Source: Balanoglossus misakiensis (Eukaryota > Animalia > Hemichordata). From it: a stretch of DNA of 64,000 nucleotides. The position numbers were made by a program, and so were the translations under genes. The DNA lies in the NCBI GenBank assembly GCA_040954595.2, contig CM082582.2:6884063-6948062 (forward strand). The letters are read 5' to 3'. This document shows, piece after piece, positions 26,223 to 38,868 of the stretch. The stretch's first letter is position 1, and the number at the start of each line of letters is the position of its first letter. The notes beneath the pieces were generated by a model. The model had not been told where the DNA came from. It made no database searches and was given only the letters and a program-made list of their open reading frames with translations.

Positions 26223-28083
26223 TTATTCTCGGATACATTTGCTTGGACATCCAGGTTTGGTATTTCGGTTTTAGGAAGCAATTCGAAATCGATGCTCTTC
26301 TGTTTCTTGTCCATTCTTAATCACTTCTACTGTGACAAAGCAGAGGTCAGTTCATATATGTAATTATTTTCAATCCAAATCACGTATGTTTCTTTTGTTA
26401 TGTCTTTATGGAACGTTATTATGCTCTAAAGTCCCACTGAAACGTGTTCTACTCACAACATTCTAATAATACCTTCCAAAGGGTTAGGTCATCCCATAAA
26501 TAACAATTTCAAGCGTGATAATTGTTGTTTAACAGGCACAGATAACATTTGAAATCAATGATTAATTTCAACGTTAGTTAATATTTTCTTGCTTATTTAG
26601 GTGGGGACCCTAGTCGTGAAGGTTTTTTATGACGTCTTTAACCAGTCACCTGCTTAGGATTAGAATGCATGATGATTACGAGTACGTAATTGTTCAGCTG
26701 GTGGATACATAATGTTGTATTAGCTAGTTATATGTCGTTGTTTTTCTCTGAGTCCCCAGTCTGACGAGTCACTGACCAGTTCTGAAGCTGAAATTTCCAT
26801 ATCAATTAAGATCCGCGGTTTCCACGAACCATGCTCATGTTCTGAAGTCGATGTTGGGTCTGTTCATCTGCCATGCACTGAGCACTTTCATGCAATTGCT
26901 GTTTAATTATATAAATACATTTGTATTGTAGGGTGTCGTGCAAGCGTTACTGAGTATGGGCAACATAAGTGTCACTTACTGTGTATACCTATAGGGTGCA
27001 TATATCACGGCCCTGAGAGGTTGCTTCCTGGCGTGAAAAGTCTAGCTGTGTTTACAATCCGTTGCAGACGTTCACGTAGTTCAGACAGTAAAAAGGGGCA
27101 AGGAGAAATCAACCGTGAAGACCCCACTTCACGGGGTATGATTCGGAGAAATAACCTCACATAGCGGCTGCTACAACAGGGCTGTGAGAAATATAATTGA
27201 CGGGGTGCAACGGGGAAAACCGTACGTGACTTGGACTATTACAGGGTTTCTTGTACGGTAGTAATTACAACCCTGGTGTAATAATGCGTGACGTTTTCGC
27301 CGTGTCTTATCAAGTGCACTTATATGCACCCAGTGCCATTTCTAACTTTCTAACCAGATCGAAACACGTTTATAGTTATACATCGATCCAGCCAAGTGCT
27401 GAAAACTCACCTGGTTTTCACTGCTGGTGTAAAATGTCTGTCTACTATGGGCTGAAGAGCAACTGTCGCCAAGCCTGACTTGCATAACCCTAATGGCAGG
27501 GGTGAAATTTTAGAAAGCATTGGGAGTACGGAGGTCAGGTGCCTTGAGTCAACAGTGAACACTACCCTAAGGTTTCCAGTATATAAATTACGCTTTATCA
27601 AACATGCATGTCAAGCAAGCCTCAATCAGCTTACGTCATAGCTTTCTGTGTTTCGAGTTAGCTGTTCAGCACCGTTATTCGCCATTTACATCTAGATTGT
27701 CGTGTTGCAAATAAGAAATGGCAAATTCGCAGGCAAACGATTCAGCAGTAAATTACGTTTCTGTGAAATCAATGTATGAAAGTATGAAAAGGTAGGGACT
27801 TTTAAAACAAATTCCTACATTGACATAATAAGGTAACAATTAATAACATCGTGAAGTACATTGCAAATCTATATTATCAACAGTAAGGTGTTTGAGATTT
27901 TGAAAATATCAATATGTCATACTGTATATACCAGTAAAACACTTCAAACTTATGACCGCCAGTGTAAAGGGTGATTTCAAAAGGGGGCGTTATAAGGTAG
28001 AAATATTGAAAGTCAGAGGTACATGTTGAATGTATATATGATCTGGTGTGATTTCAAAAGGCTGATTTCAGGTTTGGAATACT

Positions 28084-28497
28084 AGTAGGACAGCGTCTGA
28101 AAGCTGCGCAGAAACCAGGAAATTCGACGCCAAATTAACGGAGCCTCAAGGACACGGACACCAAAGTGCCATCTAACAACACAGTTGAATACACGCTTTT
28201 ACTCGTGCGTGGTTGAAGGCGTTTATATCTTCTGGTGTACATGTACACCTACACGGAACACAGGGATTACTACTCCACGAAAGGTCGGCGTCTTCACAAA
28301 CAACTACGCCTTGCAATCATGTCAAAAAATTACGAACAATTCGACTGAATGTGCGATCTAGCTGCACAGTCGATGACACGCTTTTAATCACGTGTTTTGT
28401 GATTACGCACATCACGATTAAAGGCGTTATGCCTTCCGGTGTACACCTGCACGAAACACAGGGATTACTACTCTACGAAACTCTGTCGAGTAGCAGC
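28084..28497 (+). repeat. Dispersed repeat with an internal tandem duplication; homologous to 63783-64000
   Basis: Shared blocks CTGAAAGCTG.GCAG, GAAATTCGA.GCC, ATCTAGCTGCACAGT, GGCGTTATGCC and AACAC.GGGATTACTACTC; the last occurs twice here. Confidence 0.7.
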
Positions 28498-29079
28498 TAG
28501 AAGTCTTCATCTCAGCTCAACAGATAACACCACCCATAGTAGACCATGTCGTAATTTTATTGAACAATTCCGTTTGTGTAAACCCCATTAATGGAATCAG
28601 AATGTCGATTTTTTTTAAATGACATTGTATAAACACGTGAATAGTGCGAATAATTTGCATTATACAAGGACAAATGACGAACAAAGGACATACAAGCGAA
28701 CGTCTTGTAACAGTGAGAGCACGATCGCGATTAAAATGTTCCCCAGAACTATACTGTAACGACTGTTTTCCACGTGTTTTATACATATGAATGATAAATG
28801 TGCAGACTGAGATACGTTCTTGTTGTGGCAGTATTAAACTTTAATCGTGCTACATTATATAAGAAACATAAGAGGCTGGTTGATACTTACTTACTGCTCA
28901 TTGGATCAAACTTCGGCGAATCTGGTGACGTGATGTAATTTTTTGAGTTTGAAAAATGTTTTTCCATTTTATTTCAATATTTTAAACGAAGCAGTGGAAA
29001 AACAATATTGACGAGGCTGAAATGAAGTAATAGAAACAATGTGGAAATTATCACGTTGTTTATGTTTTAACCCTTTACA

Positions 29080-29122
29080 AGAGGACACAAATACAAACCA
29101 GGTCGATCCTGTCCACTTGATC
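29080..29122 (-). pseudogene. ~43-bp relic of the first coding exon end and donor of the secreted 8-Cys gene family
   Basis: Reads DQVDRIDL|gtttgt, versus DQVDRDDL|gttggt at 44627, 47612 and 49953; closed by an upstream stop. Confidence 0.6.
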
Positions 29123-29826
29123 GCACATAATACACTACTACATTATAACTATGGTATTGCCTCTCGTTACTGTCAGAAGGAAGAAAGAAGAGTCCATTTC
29201 AAAATTCAATTTTTCGGAGAATTTGTTGAATAAACATTGAGAGGCAAGATGTATTTGACATTTGCTTAATTTTCTCTCTCGATATTATCAAAAATTTACA
29301 ACAGACCTCGTGTATAACAGGTCAAAACTCACATGTAGTGTGAATTGAGATTATCGTTCGCCATGAAAAAAATGGTTGGGCTACACATGAGGCGAGGTCA
29401 AGTTACCAGCACGCTGTTTTGGTTAGTTAACTAGTCGATGCATGGAGACAACTCGCTTATAGCGTTGCCGTCTTCATAGCGTTATTCTGGGCGTGGGTAA
29501 CAGAGCATAAACAAAAACCAGGACTCCTGAGACGAAACCGTCCTATCGGTGAGAGCAAAGAAAATTCAATGTGGAACCATCGGATGAGAAGTCTATGTGG
29601 GTATTAATGAATAATTAATCACATCGGAGACAGAGAACAATATTTAAAACAGGGAGATTTGAGGTGAATAATTCACACCCGGGGGAGCATAGTCTGCTAC
29701 ATGCCCCGGGATGAATCGCAGTGCACGTACTTGCTTGTATTAACGGGCAGTTAATGTTGTTTAATTACAAGACACATCAACGTCAATTCCCGGGATCCCA
29801 TGCCCAAGGCAAAAATAAAATGCTCT

Positions 29827-29834
29827 TATATAAA
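29827..29834 (+). promoter_or_regulatory. TATA box of LRR-Ig copy 1 (equivalents at 34548 and 38298)
   Basis: TATATAAA lies 83 nt before a GTAAGT donor (29910, 34631, 38381) of a non-coding first exon in all three copies. Confidence 0.6.
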
Positions 29835-30308
29835 GAGAGTCTGGGGAAGCACTCTCTGTCTGAAAAATACACACCAGGACTCGGGGAAGAATAGGACAAT
29901 TTGGTCCAAGTAAGTATTCCTTGAGATTTAATGCACTTCACAATTCTGTATCTGTGAGCAGTTTCACGTTGCTGATTAATTAGCATGTCTACGCATTCTA
30001 GTCTTAAGTGCATGTAATTGCTGTCCTCTCGGAGAAAAATCGTTGTCTTCCAATCATCAGTCGCTTCGTTTTGTGTCGTGGTGTCGTGCTTCCAGTTTTA
30101 TTGTTTCAGTACGTCTATTCCCCCTGACAGAGACCGATACATGTATCTAAGCACACAACACTGTTTTCAGCTTTGTACCGCGGACGAAAACGACAAAGTT
30201 GTTTTTGGTTAGAATTCACGATCTCTGACACTGAAGTGTGGACTAACAGGCAGATGTGCGTAGACCTTTGTGTAAAAGTCGCTGTTGACGCTGCTTACGC
30301 AATATTAA

Positions 30309-30655
30309 AGGGACAAAGTCTCTCTCTCGCTGCCCTTTTTTCCATTAATTATATTTGATATAAGACACGGTTGTTATTCTACATGTGGATATATAGTGAA
30401 TCCACGTTCCATCACACACAACTTCCATACCTCTTATAGACAGGAGAGTGAAAAAACTCGCCAAAATGAATAATCGTTCTTTACCATTTATTAATTTTGG
30501 GCGAGTTTTTACTCTCATATCATACAAGTGGGAAGGAAGTTTTGTGTGGTTGAACGTTGATTCACTATATATCCACATGTACATTAACATCAACAGTGTC
30601 CTGTATCAAACATAATTAATGGAAAAAAGGGCAGCGAGAGAGAGACTTTGTCCCT
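30309..30655. mobile_element. Kolobok-like foldback MITE with TTAA target-site duplication
   Basis: TIR AGGGACAAAGTCTCTCTCTCGCTGCCCTTTTTTCCATTAATTAT; TTAA at 30305-30308 and 30656-30659; the empty site ATATTAAGCTTATC is present in copies 2 and 3. Confidence 0.9.
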
Positions 30656-30829
30656 TTAAGCTTATCAACCCAGCCCTGATCACGTGTTTCAAGTGAACCG
30701 ACTCAATAATATTCCCAGACCATTAACTATATTGGTAGTACATCTGACAATTATCCTGGCGATTTTAAAATAAGCCAATCAAATGTACCTTCACAGAATT
30801 CGCAGAAAACGTGCGTGGTCGACTGCAAG

Positions 30830-32824
30830 ATGACACAACGGGGTAGATTGACTGTGGTTGTGATTGCCATAATGCTCCTTCGCCCATTACAAGGATGTCC
30901 AACGAAGTGCACCTGCATCGGCACGTCGGTTTTTTGTGGTTACCGAGATTTGACTGAAATACCTTCTGACATACCTCCAAACGCGACCCATCTTCAACTC
31001 AGCAACAATCTGCTGACGCGTGTCGGAAGCGGCGCCTTTGCGACATGGCCCGATCTGATCAAGTTGTATTTGTCCGGCAACCGTATCAGTCACGTAGCTG
31101 AAGATGCATTCGTTGGCCTCCACCGTCTAAACCACCTTTATCTTAACATCAACCTGTTGACGTCCTTGCCCGCTACGGTATTCGACGGGCTGGACGAGTT
31201 ACAATTCCTGGATTTGAAACAAAATAGACTAATATTATTACCAGAGGAAATCTTTACAAGTTGCGCCAAACTTCAAAGGCTTGATCTCTCCTACAATCTA
31301 ATGCGCTCACTACCCGAGAATACTTTTAAGTCCCTAAACAAACTGTCCCATTTATCTATACATCATAATGAAATAACATATTTACCGGAAGGTATCTTCC
31401 ATGGCCTCGCCAATCTGCGCATTCTTGAGATACAGAACAACAAAGTCGTTTGCCTTCCTGAAAATATGTTCGCTGGCTTGTCAAATCTTGAAAAGTTGTT
31501 ATTAGCGAATAATAGAATCATAGTTTTACCTGAGCATATATTTCGGGATGTTCGGGAACTATATTACCTCACTGTGAACGATAATTGGTTATATTCATTG
31601 CAAGAGATGGTTTTTGTCGGGTTGACCAAGTTGGAACTCCTCATCCTGTCAACTAATTTATTTACAACCCTGCCGGACGGTATTTTCAGTGGCTTAAACG
31701 TGTTAGAAAGAGTATATTTGAACGACAACAACATAACAACACTGCCCGGTAATATCTTCCGTGGACTGGATCAGCTGAATTCTTTGCGACTCGACAACAA
31801 CCCCTGGGCATGTGATTGCCGTTTAAGGAATTTCAGAATGTGGTTGGATGATAACAAGCAAAGACTTGAGGTTAACTATCCAGCCATGACATGTACTGGT
31901 CGTCTTGAAGGAAGTGAGGTGCTGCGAATACCGTTGAACCACCTTACGTGTAATTTACTTCCGGTGTTTAATGCAACGCTCAAAACGATTATCGCTGATA
32001 TAGGTGACAATATAACTTTGGATTGTGACGTAGTTGAGCTGCTCGACCACGATAAGTATTGGGTCACTCCACTTGGAGAAGTCATACGTCCGCAAGCGGA
32101 CCATGAAGGTTCGGGTGAAAAATTTCGTCAATTAGATGATGGAACCCTATTGATTTCATCCATTACACTGTCAGATTTTGGTTCCTATACGTGTTTCGCA
32201 ACGAACTCAGAAGGAACATCTTCGGCCAAAAGAACACTGAAGATTGATTGCGTGGGAAATGCGCGCTCATTTTTCAGAACACCCCAAATCGTCATGTCAA
32301 CAGTTGCAGACGAAGTTGTAGTTCCAACCAAAGATAGCCCGGGCACAACAGTTGGAACATCGGCGCCAATCACTACTGCTATGTCATCAGTAGTTGCAGA
32401 TACGAGTACATCAGTAGTTGCAGATACATCTTTAATAGGTGGGGCTAGTACAACAGCGCCAACATCGGCAGATCTCACGAAGGTGACAGAGTCAGAGGTC
32501 ACCACTCCGGGTTTCAACACAGCTGGCCGATCACTTTGGGCTAAGATCACCGGTTCCACACTTTTACTGGTCGCCGTCGGTTCTATCCTGGGTACCCTAA
32601 CCGCCTTATTGATACCTGCGACTGTACTTGCAATTAAAAATGGCCGTCGAAATAATACCTCCACCGGCAGCACTGGACATCGAGATCACTCCGCGACTGT
32701 TTGCAACAACATGGCTCATACTTGTGGTACAACTTCCAGCTCTTCGGATGCGGCGCCTAGAGAAACTATTTCAGGAATAGGCTTACAAGAAATCCAATCA
32801 AACGAAGATGTTATTTTAAATTAA
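30830..32824 (+). CDS. LRR-Ig single-pass membrane protein, copy 1 (664 aa): SP-LRRNT-12 LRR-LRRCT-Ig-Ser/Thr stalk-TM-tail
   Basis: CPTKCTC LRRNT, 24-aa LRRs, NNPWACDC LRRCT, Ig domain (GDNITLDC..YW..DGTLLI..DFGSYTC), TM LLLVAVGSILGTLTALLIPATVLAI. Single coding exon after acceptor CTTCACAG. Confidence 0.95.
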   Translation: MTQRGRLTVVVIAIMLLRPLQGCPTKCTCIGTSVFCGYRDLTEIPSDIPPNATHLQLSNNLLTRVGSGAFATWPDLIKLYLSGNRISHVAEDAFVGLHRLNHLYLNINLLTSLPATVFDGLDELQFLDLKQNRLILLPEEIFTSCAKLQRLDLSYNLMRSLPENTFKSLNKLSHLSIHHNEITYLPEGIFHGLANLRILEIQNNKVVCLPENMFAGLSNLEKLLLANNRIIVLPEHIFRDVRELYYLTVNDNWLYSLQEMVFVGLTKLELLILSTNLFTTLPDGIFSGLNVLERVYLNDNNITTLPGNIFRGLDQLNSLRLDNNPWACDCRLRNFRMWLDDNKQRLEVNYPAMTCTGRLEGSEVLRIPLNHLTCNLLPVFNATLKTIIADIGDNITLDCDVVELLDHDKYWVTPLGEVIRPQADHEGSGEKFRQLDDGTLLISSITLSDFGSYTCFATNSEGTSSAKRTLKIDCVGNARSFFRTPQIVMSTVADEVVVPTKDSPGTTVGTSAPITTAMSSVVADTSTSVVADTSLIGGASTTAPTSADLTKVTESEVTTPGFNTAGRSLWAKITGSTLLLVAVGSILGTLTALLIPATVLAIKNGRRNNTSTGSTGHRDHSATVCNNMAHTCGTTSSSSDAAPRETISGIGLQEIQSNEDVILN

Positions 32825-33123
32825 GTACTAAACAATTTCAAGTTAAACAGCCAAGAAACTGTAACTTTTTGAATATTTTCCATAGGTGTTTTATTGTCAT
32901 CTCTTGTGTATAAGAGTTAAGAATACACAGGAAGAACTTAACCGTTGACATCGCCGAAGTGTTTGTGGACTTACATTATTGTTTGTAGAAGCTTGGATAC
33001 AAAGTACATAGCCAAGTTAGATTGAGTGTTTCTGTAAAGTGTTGAAGTACATAGCAGTAAAACAGACGAGGATAGCTGAAGAAACTTTATTGTCTTTAAA
33101 ATATTGTCATGTTGTATCTAATA

Positions 33124-33801
33124 TGTTACGTAGGAGAAGTTTGCTGTTGTTTTGTGACCAGGTGTGTTTTCGCTTACTTTCGTAATTTGAATTTTGCGTG
33201 ACCAGGTGTGGTGCATTCATTATTTTCCCCATACAAAAAGCCCGCACGTTGTGTTGCGGCGTAGCTACTAATTTGGACTTGTCCGTGTTAGCTGTTCTGT
33301 TCCTCGCCGGCTGATTTCCTGGTACACTGGTCTGGAAACCGCGCCCAGAAGCCGTGTTTCATGCTGTCCTGGTCTGGAAACCGCGCCCCGAAGTCGTGCT
33401 ACCTCATGGGGAATTCGTCCGAAAGCCGTGCCGTCTACCGGGGAATTGTGCCAGAACGCTACTCGGACTGAACGTCGCTGTTGGGACTGCCATGGTGCTG
33501 GTCGCGTTCGTCGTGCGCTACGGAAGCTTGGACTTTAGTTTTTCATTTCCCACACCTGGTCACATTTAAGGTAGTCATTTATTTTACTGTGTTTTTTCCT
33601 CAGTGTACAGTCATTTTATATTTACCAATGTTTAGTTGTAGTAATTCAAAGTTTCCATAAGCAAGGAAATAACGTGTGGTGTGCCTATTGTTGACCGCCT
33701 TTGTTGCGTGCTGCGCTGGTTGGTTCACCAAAGCGAGCCATTCAGTAAGTCTATTTGCTCACTGCCCTGTTTCGGAACTGAACGGCCAGCGTGTCGTAAC
33801 A
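33124..33801 (-). mobile_element. Solo LTR (Gypsy-like), copy 1
   Basis: Termini TGTTACG...CGTAACA, 4-bp TSD AATA, empty site in the paralogous 3' flank at ~37645. Strand inferred from AATAAA on the minus strand. Confidence 0.85.
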
Positions 33802-34089
33802 AATAATACTGTGGTTTTAATCACAACTTAATTCCGACACCCACCCCTTCACTTCTATTTATGTACTATGTCTGTCAACTATTGTAATGAGTTGCATTTT
33901 TAATCTATTCATCTCTTAGTTTAATTATTTCAATAAAGAATTTTTGCAGGTGTTATCATGAAAGACATTCAAACAGATTATATCTGACACATGTATATAT
34001 ACCTGCTATATATAATATACATGTACATATACACACACAGACACGAATCACTGGAGTCACTAAGTTTTGGAAAGTTGACATGGATGGGG

Positions 34090-34203
34090 GGGGGGCGGTC
34101 ACCCTCTTTTAAATTTTCAACGAGGGGGTCGTCGGTCACTTTTTAATATCCACAAAATAGTATCCATCCCTCCCCCAGGCTGAAGAAACTGACCAGTCCC
34201 TTA
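34090..34203. mobile_element. Terminus of a PIF/Harbinger-like MITE at the tandem-duplication junction
   Basis: Ends AGAAACTGACCAGTCCC|TTA exactly where homology to 29457 onward resumes; only one end is visible. Confidence 0.45.
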
Positions 34204-35374
34204 TAGCGTTGCGGTCTTCATAGCATTATTTGGGGTTTTGGTAACAGAGAATAAACAAAAAAAAACAGGAGTCATGACACAGATTCTTCTTATAGTTGAA
34301 AGCAAAAGAGAATTGGAACCATCGGATTAGGACTCTGTGCGGGGGTTTATGAATAATTAATCACATCGGAGACAGAGAACAGTATTTAAAACAGGAATAA
34401 TTCACACTCGGGGGAGCATGGTCTACTACATGCCCCGGGATGAATCGCACGTATTTGCTTGTATTAACGGGCAGTTAATGTTGTTTAATTATAAGACGCA
34501 TCAACGTCAATTCCCGGGATCCCATGCCCAAGGCAAAAAACTGCTCTTATATAAAGAGAGTCTGGGGAAGCACTCTCTGTCTGAAAAATACACACCAGGA
34601 CTCGGGGAAGAATACGACAATTTGGTCGAAGTAAGTATTCCTTGAGATTTAATGCACTTCACAATTCTGTATCTGTGAGCAGTTTCATGTTGCTGATTAA
34701 TTAGCATGTCTACGCATTCTACCGTGGCCGAAAACGACAAAGTTGTTTTTGACTAGAATTCACGATCTCTGAAACTGAAGTCTGGACTAACAGGCAGATG
34801 TGCGTAGACCTTTGTGTAAAAGTCGCTGTTGAATGTCCACCTTCTTTAACCAGGATAGCACGCTGCTCACACAATATTAAGCTTATCAACCCAGCCCTGA
34901 TCACGTGTTTCAAGTGAACCGACTCAAGCCACTTTTCCGAGCACAAACCAAATCAAGCTTGGGTCTCTGAAGACGTACCTCATATATTACTTTTTGATTT
35001 TTTTTAAATATTGTTAATTTGGTGTCCATTCTACTGTAGGAGGTGCAAAAATATAACATGACTGGCCAAAGACGCAAACGAAAATCTGTGCCATAAGTTT
35101 ACATTCCATTCTCATTACACCATAAATAAGCAAAATCCTTACTATATTTTCATTGATAGTGAACATTCCTCCTTGGCAACTGTTATGAGGCAATTCGAGT
35201 CCTACGTTATCATTTGAAAAAATAATAATTTGAGTGTGATAATACCGACAATAATATTCCCAGACCATTAACTATATTGGTAGTGCATCTGACAATTATC
35301 CTGGCGATTTCAAAATAAGCCAATGAAATGTACCTTCACAGAATTCGTGGACAACGTGCGTAGTCGACTGCAAG

Positions 35375-37357
35375 ATGACACAACGGGGTAGATTAACTGT
35401 GGTTGTGATTGCCATAATGCTCCTTCGCCCATTACAAGGATGTCCAACGAAGTGCATCTGCGTGCAGGGCAAGTCGGTGTTTTGTGGTTACCGAGATTTG
35501 ACTGAAATACCTTCTGACATACCTCCAAGCACGACCCATCTTCAACTCAGCGACAATCTGCTGACGCGTGTCGGAAGCGGCGCCTTTGCGACATTGTCCG
35601 GCCTCCTCAACTTGTATTTGTCCGACAACCGTATCAGTCACGTAGCTGAAGATGCATTCGTTGGCCTCCACCGTCTAAACCGCCTTTATCTTAACATCAA
35701 CCTGCTGACGACCTTGCCCGCTAAGGTATTCGACGGGCTGGACGAGTTACAATACCTGACGATGTCAAGAAATAGACTAGATACATTACCAGAGGAAATC
35801 TTTACAAGTTGCGCCAAACTTCAAAGGCTTGATCTCTCCTACAATCTAATGCGCTCACTACCCGAGAATACTTTTAAGTCCCTAAACAAACTGTCCCATT
35901 TATCTATACATCATAATGAAATAACATATTTACCGGAAGGTATCTTCCATGGCCTCGCGAGTCTGCGCATTCTTGAGATACAGAACAACAAAGTCGACTG
36001 CCTTACTGAAAATATGTTCGCTGGCTTGTCAAATCTTGAAAAGTTGTTATTAGCGAATAATAGAATCATAATTTTACCTGAGCATATATTTCGGGATGTT
36101 CGGGAACTATTTTACCTCACTGTGAACGATAATTGGTTATATTCATTGCAAGAGATGGTTTTTGTCGGGTTGACCAAGTTGGAATTCCTCATCCTGTCAA
36201 CTAATTTATTTACAACCCTGCCGGACGGTATTTTCAGTGGCTTAAACGTGTTAGAAAGAGTATATTTGAACGACAACAACATAACAACACTGCCCGGTAA
36301 TATCTTCCGTGGACTGGATCAGCTGAATTCTTTGCGACTCGACAACAACCCCTGGGCATGTGATTGCCGTTTAAGGAATTTCAGAATGTGGTTGGATGAT
36401 AACAAGCAAAGACTTGACGTTAACTATCCAGTCATGATGACATGTACTGGTCGTCTTGAAGGCAGTGAGGTGCTGCGAATACCGTTGAACAACCTTACGT
36501 GTAATTTACTTCCGGTGTTTAATGCAACGCTCAAAACGATAATCGCTGATATAGGTGACAATATAACTTTGGATTGTGACGTAGTTGAGCTGCTCGACCA
36601 CAATAAGTATTGGGTCACTCCAGTTGGAGAAGTCATACGTCCGCAAGCGGACCATGCAAGTTCGGGTGAAAGATTTCGTCAATTAGATGATGGAACCCTA
36701 TTGATTTCATCCATTACACTGTCAGATTTTGGTTCCTATACGTGTTTCGCAAAGAACACAGAAGGGACGTCTTCGGCCAAAAGAACACTGAAGATTGATT
36801 GCGTGGGAAATGCGCCCTCATTCTTCAGAACACCCCAAATCGTCATGTCAACAGTTGCAGACGAAGTTGTAGTTCCGACCAAAGATAGCCCGGGCACAAC
36901 AGATGGAACATCGGCGCCAGTCACTACTGCTATGTCATCAGAAGTTGCAGATACGAGTACATCTTTAATAGGTGGGGTTAGTACAACAGCGCCAACATCG
37001 GCAGATCTCACGAAGGTGACAGAGTCAGAGGTCACCACTCCGGGTTTCAACACAGCGGGCCGATCACTTTGGGCGAAGATCACCGGTTCCACACTTTTAC
37101 TGGTCGCCGTCGGTTCCATCCTGGGTACCCTAACCGCCTTATTGATACCTGCGACTGTACTTGCAATTAAAAATGGGCGTCGAAATAATACCTCCACCGG
37201 CAGCACTGGACATCGAGATCACTCCGCGACTGTTTGCAACAACATGGCTCATACTTGTGGTACAACTTCCAGCTCTTCGGATGCGGCGCCTAGAGAAACT
37301 ATTTCAGGAATAGGCTTACAAGAAATCCAATCAAACGAAGATGTTATTTTAAATTAA
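35375..37357 (+). CDS. LRR-Ig single-pass membrane protein, copy 2 (660 aa)
   Basis: Same architecture; near-identical to copy 1 outside the N-terminal LRRs. Confidence 0.95.
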   Translation: MTQRGRLTVVVIAIMLLRPLQGCPTKCICVQGKSVFCGYRDLTEIPSDIPPSTTHLQLSDNLLTRVGSGAFATLSGLLNLYLSDNRISHVAEDAFVGLHRLNRLYLNINLLTTLPAKVFDGLDELQYLTMSRNRLDTLPEEIFTSCAKLQRLDLSYNLMRSLPENTFKSLNKLSHLSIHHNEITYLPEGIFHGLASLRILEIQNNKVDCLTENMFAGLSNLEKLLLANNRIIILPEHIFRDVRELFYLTVNDNWLYSLQEMVFVGLTKLEFLILSTNLFTTLPDGIFSGLNVLERVYLNDNNITTLPGNIFRGLDQLNSLRLDNNPWACDCRLRNFRMWLDDNKQRLDVNYPVMMTCTGRLEGSEVLRIPLNNLTCNLLPVFNATLKTIIADIGDNITLDCDVVELLDHNKYWVTPVGEVIRPQADHASSGERFRQLDDGTLLISSITLSDFGSYTCFAKNTEGTSSAKRTLKIDCVGNAPSFFRTPQIVMSTVADEVVVPTKDSPGTTDGTSAPVTTAMSSEVADTSTSLIGGVSTTAPTSADLTKVTESEVTTPGFNTAGRSLWAKITGSTLLLVAVGSILGTLTALLIPATVLAIKNGRRNNTSTGSTGHRDHSATVCNNMAHTCGTTSSSSDAAPRETISGIGLQEIQSNEDVILN

Positions 37358-38868
37358 GTACTAAACAATTTCAAGTTAAACAGCCAAGAAACTGTAACTT
37401 TTTGCATATTTTCCATAGGTGTTTTATTGTCATCTCTTGTGTATAAGAATTAAGAATACACAGGAAGAACTTAACATTGGACATCGCCGAAATGTTGACT
37501 TACATTATTCTTTGTAGAAGCTTAGATACAAAGTACATGGCTAAGTTAGATTGAGTGTTTCTGTAAAGTGTTGAAGTACTTAGCAGTAAAACAGACGAGG
37601 ATAGTTGAAGAAACTTTATTGTCTTTAAAATATTGTCATGTTGTATCTAATAATACTGTGGTTTTAATCACAACTTAATTCCGACACCCACCCCTTCACT
37701 TCTCTTTATGTACTATGTCTGTCAACTATTGAAATGACTTGCATTTTTAATCTATTCATCTCTTAGTTTAATTATTTCAACAATTTTTGCAGGTGTTATC
37801 ATGAAAGACATTCAAACAGATTATATCTACACATGTATATATACCTGCTATATATAATATACATGTACATATACACACAGAGACACGAATCACTGGGGTC
37901 ACTAAGTTTTGGAAAGTTGACATGGATGGGGGTGCGGTCTTCATAGCATTATTTGGGGTTTTGGTAACAGAGAATAAAAAAAAAAAAACAGGAGTCATGA
38001 CACAGATTCTTCTTATAGTTGAAAGCAAACGAGAATTGGAACCATCGGATTAGGACTCTGTGCGGGGGTTTATGAATAATTAATCACCTCGGAGACAGAG
38101 AACAGTAAACAGGGAGATTTGAGGTAAAAAGCGTTCACACTCGGGGAAGCATGGTCTGCTACATGCCCCGGGATGAATCGCACGTATTTGCTTGTATTAA
38201 CGGGAGGGTTAGGGCTGTTTGATTAATATGTCACATCAACGCCAAGTCCCGGGATCCCATGCCCAAGGCAAAAAAAAATAATCTTGTAAAATTCTCTTAT
38301 ATAAAGAGAGTCTGGGGAAGCACTCTCTGTCTGAAAAATACACACCAGGACTCGGGGAAGAATAGGACAATTTGGTCCAAGTAAGTATTCCTTGAGATTT
38401 AATGCATTTCCAAATTCTGTATCTGTGAGCAGTTTCATGTTGCTGATTAATTAGCATGTCTACGTCCGTCTATTCCCCCTGACAGTCGGAGACCGACACA
38501 TGTATCTAAACACACAACACTGTTTTCAGTTTTGTACCGTGGACGAAAACGACAAAGTTGTTTTGGTTAGAATTCACGATCTCTGAAACTGAAGTGTGGA
38601 CTAACAGGCAGATTGTGTAAAAGTCGCTGTTGAATGTCCGCCTCCTTTAACCAGGATAGCACGCTGCTTACACCATATTAAGCTTATCAACCCAGCCCTG
38701 ATCACGTGTATCGTTGTTGTTGTTGTATTGTTGATATGTGGTCAATTCTGCAAAATTAATTTGTTGGCAAATGGAATAGCGAGTAGGACAAGAAACTGTG
38801 ATTTGAAAATAAGCCAATCAAATGTACCTTCACAGAGTTCGTCGACAACGTGCGTGGTCGACTGCAAG

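Noticed and set aside
26995-27330. 11-bp inverted repeat GGGTGCATATA with an internal hairpin
   Set aside because: No TSD and too short to call an element.
29515-29550. CTCCTGAGACGAAAC resembles part of a hammerhead ribozyme
   Set aside because: Lacks the CUGANGA core and is not conserved in the paralogous units.
32185-32673. Antisense ORFs over the LRR-Ig stalks (also 36736-37206, 40224-40541) and over Gal3ST (62333-62974)
   Set aside because: Reverse-strand shadows of real coding sequence.
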